Source: Nostoc punctiforme PCC 73102 (lineage in GTDB: Bacteria > Cyanobacteriota > Cyanobacteriia > Cyanobacteriales > Nostocaceae). From it: 32,000 nt of DNA. Positions 30,582 to 32,000 of the stretch are shown in pieces. The notes beneath the pieces were generated by a model. It was not told the origin of the DNA. It worked only from the letters and a program-made list of their open reading frames with translations, and made no database searches. The position numbers and the translations under genes are program-made. The first letter of the stretch is position 1; every line of letters starts with the position of its first letter. The stretch covers positions 8,160,001 through 8,192,000 of the forward strand of contig NC_010628.1 of assembly GCF_000020025.1 (NCBI RefSeq). Reading direction: 5' to 3'.

Positions 30582-32000
30582 TGTCACTTAAAGGATATTG
30601 TGGCCGTTTTTAAACCATAAAGTGGCCGCAGTCATCTGAACTGGTAAGTATAAATATTTATATCAATAAAAGACTGTTTAACTGGCGAAAGCCTAGATTT
30701 GTGGTAAGAGCTTGTTGCGGCTTTAAAAGCTTGGGGGCCAATATGTTGAGCGACCAAGAGTTTAATGATTGGTGTCGCGGCGTAAATTTACCACAAGAGG
30801 CTAGGCAATTAATTTCCCAAATCCGTGCCTCTGAACCAATTCGGCGAGTCAAAAGCAGTGGTATAAATGTCCGGGGCGACTACGCCAGTCGCAAAATGGG
30901 AAAAACTATTCAATTTGAGTCCCATAAAATTGAATTGCCAGGTGTAGAGGAGTACGAAGAAGACGCAGATGTACTCGAATACTACGACCAAGCATATCAA
31001 ATTACTCTAGAATTCCCCTCAAGCAGTGGGGAAATAATCAAAGCTTCGCATATACCAGACTTTTTCGTAATTCGGAAGCGGAGTGCAGGTTTTGAAGAGT
31101 GGAAACCAGAATCAAGATTAGAAAAATTAGCAGCTAAACAATCACAACGTTATATGCGTTCAGAAGATGGGCAGTGGTTAAACCTGCCAGCAGTTGCTTA
31201 TGCAGAAAAATTAGGACTGTATTACCGAATTCGGTTAGATACAGAAATTGATTGGATTAAATACAGAAATCGACTATTTCTCAAAGCCTATACTACTGAA
31301 GATTACCAAATTGACCCAGAAATAGCTGAAAATTTGGTGAAGTTAATTAGCTTAAATCCGGGCATAAGTTATTGGGAAATGATTCATACTCAACAGAGCA
31401 ATCCTGATGACATAAATGCTTTAATAGCTACAAAAAAAATTTACATTAATTTGAGTGCCGCACCCTTAGCAGAGCCAGAAAAAGTACAGCTTTTCCGTGA
31501 CCAAGAAATCGCGGTAGCTTATGTACAAATGATAAAATCGCAACCGAATAATGGAACGATTCTGAATATTTTAGATGTTAAACCCAATCAACTGGAACCT
31601 AAAACTCATAATCAAGTAAAAATGTCTCCAAAAGCAATGGAGCGTTTTTTGAGAGCTAGTCCTGAAGACTTGGCAGAAGCTAACCGAAGATATGAAGTAA
31701 TTGAACCTTATCTTAATGACAGTTATAGAGATAAAGAAACTGTTCCACAACGTACTATTCGCAGATGGAAGGCTAAGTTTATAGCAGCACAAAAGGCGTA
31801 CAAATGTGGTTATATTGGGCTGCTAAATAACTCTAATGCTAGAGGCAATCGCTTACCCAGAATTTCTCAATCGTCTCAAGATTTCATTGACAAAATAATT
31901 GAAGAATATTATGAAACTTTTCAACAAAGAAGCAAACTAGCTGTTTATGGAATTCTAGCAAGAGAATGGGAGAAAGCAGGTCTAACAGATAAGCTGCCTA
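30582..32000 (+). mobile_element. Second copy of the same Tn7-like transposon, inverted, truncated by the window edge
   Basis: The stretch appears to be the exact reverse complement of 28940-30358, with mirror axis at 30470. Mirrored track ORFs have identical protein sequences and constant offsets (30088..30282 vs 30658..30852, 29940..30131 vs 30809..31000, 29148..29369 vs 31571..31792). It starts with TGTCACTTAAAGG at 30582. Confidence 0.9.
30743..32000 (+). CDS. tnsAB: TnsA-TnsB fusion transposase, copy 2 (5' part only; continues beyond the window)
   Basis: The ATG at 30743 mirrors 30197. The sequence reads ATGTTGAGCGACCAAGAG = MLSDQE..., identical to copy 1 as far as the window extends. 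Confidence 0.85.
   Translation, partial: MLSDQEFNDWCRGVNLPQEARQLISQIRASEPIRRVKSSGINVRGDYASRKMGKTIQFESHKIELPGVEEYEEDADVLEYYDQAYQITLEFPSSSGEIIKASHIPDFFVIRKRSAGFEEWKPESRLEKLAAKQSQRYMRSEDGQWLNLPAVAYAEKLGLYYRIRLDTEIDWIKYRNRLFLKAYTTEDYQIDPEIAENLVKLISLNPGISYWEMIHTQQSNPDDINALIATKKIYINLSAAPLAEPEKVQLFRDQEIAVAYVQMIKSQPNNGTILNILDVKPNQLEPKTHNQVKMSPKAMERFLRASPEDLAEANRRYEVIEPYLNDSYRDKETVPQRTIRRWKAKFIAAQKAYKCGYIGLLNNSNARGNRLPRISQSSQDFIDKIIEEYYETFQQRSKLAVYGILAREWEKAGLTDKLP

Noticed and set aside
24740-30632. Possible CRISPR array or guide-RNA locus associated with the Tn7-like element (a CAST)
   Set aside because: The only short repeats are the TnsB-site-type end repeats, with 22-30-bp spacing and no unique spacers. 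There is no cas gene, and the element has under 250 bp of non-coding DNA in total. This is not a CRISPR-associated transposon as seen here. The cargo of copy 2 beyond the window is presumed identical.
29148-31792. Mirrored plus- and minus-strand ORF pairs (29148..29369/31571..31792, 29940..30131/30809..31000, 30088..30282/30658..30852)
   Set aside because: They are antisense shadows of tnsAB and of the transposon end. Their duplication only reflects the inverted repeat of the element and is not evidence of coding.

Overview
This looks like a chromosome segment from a Nostocales-type cyanobacterium. It has many HIP1 GCGATCGC octamers (e.g. 2481-2488, 2847-2854), GTAG...CTAC hairpin repeats, a COP23-type gene and a Psb34-like gene. 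Every credible gene is on the minus strand except the second transposon copy.

From left to right:
1. 56-7006: the start of an NRPS/PKS operon. A Val-type A-PCP loading protein is followed by a KS-AT-ACP-aminotransferase PKS. The operon runs off the left edge.
2. 7007-8044: about 1 kb of AT-rich DNA with no ORF.
3. 8045-22166: three very large, leaderless organophosphate hydrolases. Their catalytic parts are unrelated (AP/NPP-type; 2x PhoX-like plus a GDPD-in-phytase-like unit; EEP plus phytase-like plus beta-propeller phytase). All three end in the same ~760-nt RTX/C-terminal cassette. This looks like a secreted phosphate-scavenging island.
4. 22954-24312: a COP23-domain secreted protein and a 56-aa Psb34-like ORF that the ORF track missed.
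5. 24794-30358: a cargo-less 5.6-kb Tn7-like element carrying only a tnsA-tnsB fusion, tnsC and a tnsD-like tniQ, bounded by 51-bp terminal inverted repeats.
6. 30582-32000: a second copy of that element, with no differences seen, in inverted orientation and only 223 bp away.

The 5-bp flanks (AGGAT / ATCCT) point to an inversion or an intramolecular replicative event. Relic end repeats of an older related element sit beside the active copies. I found no CRISPR array, cas gene, tRNA or rRNA.
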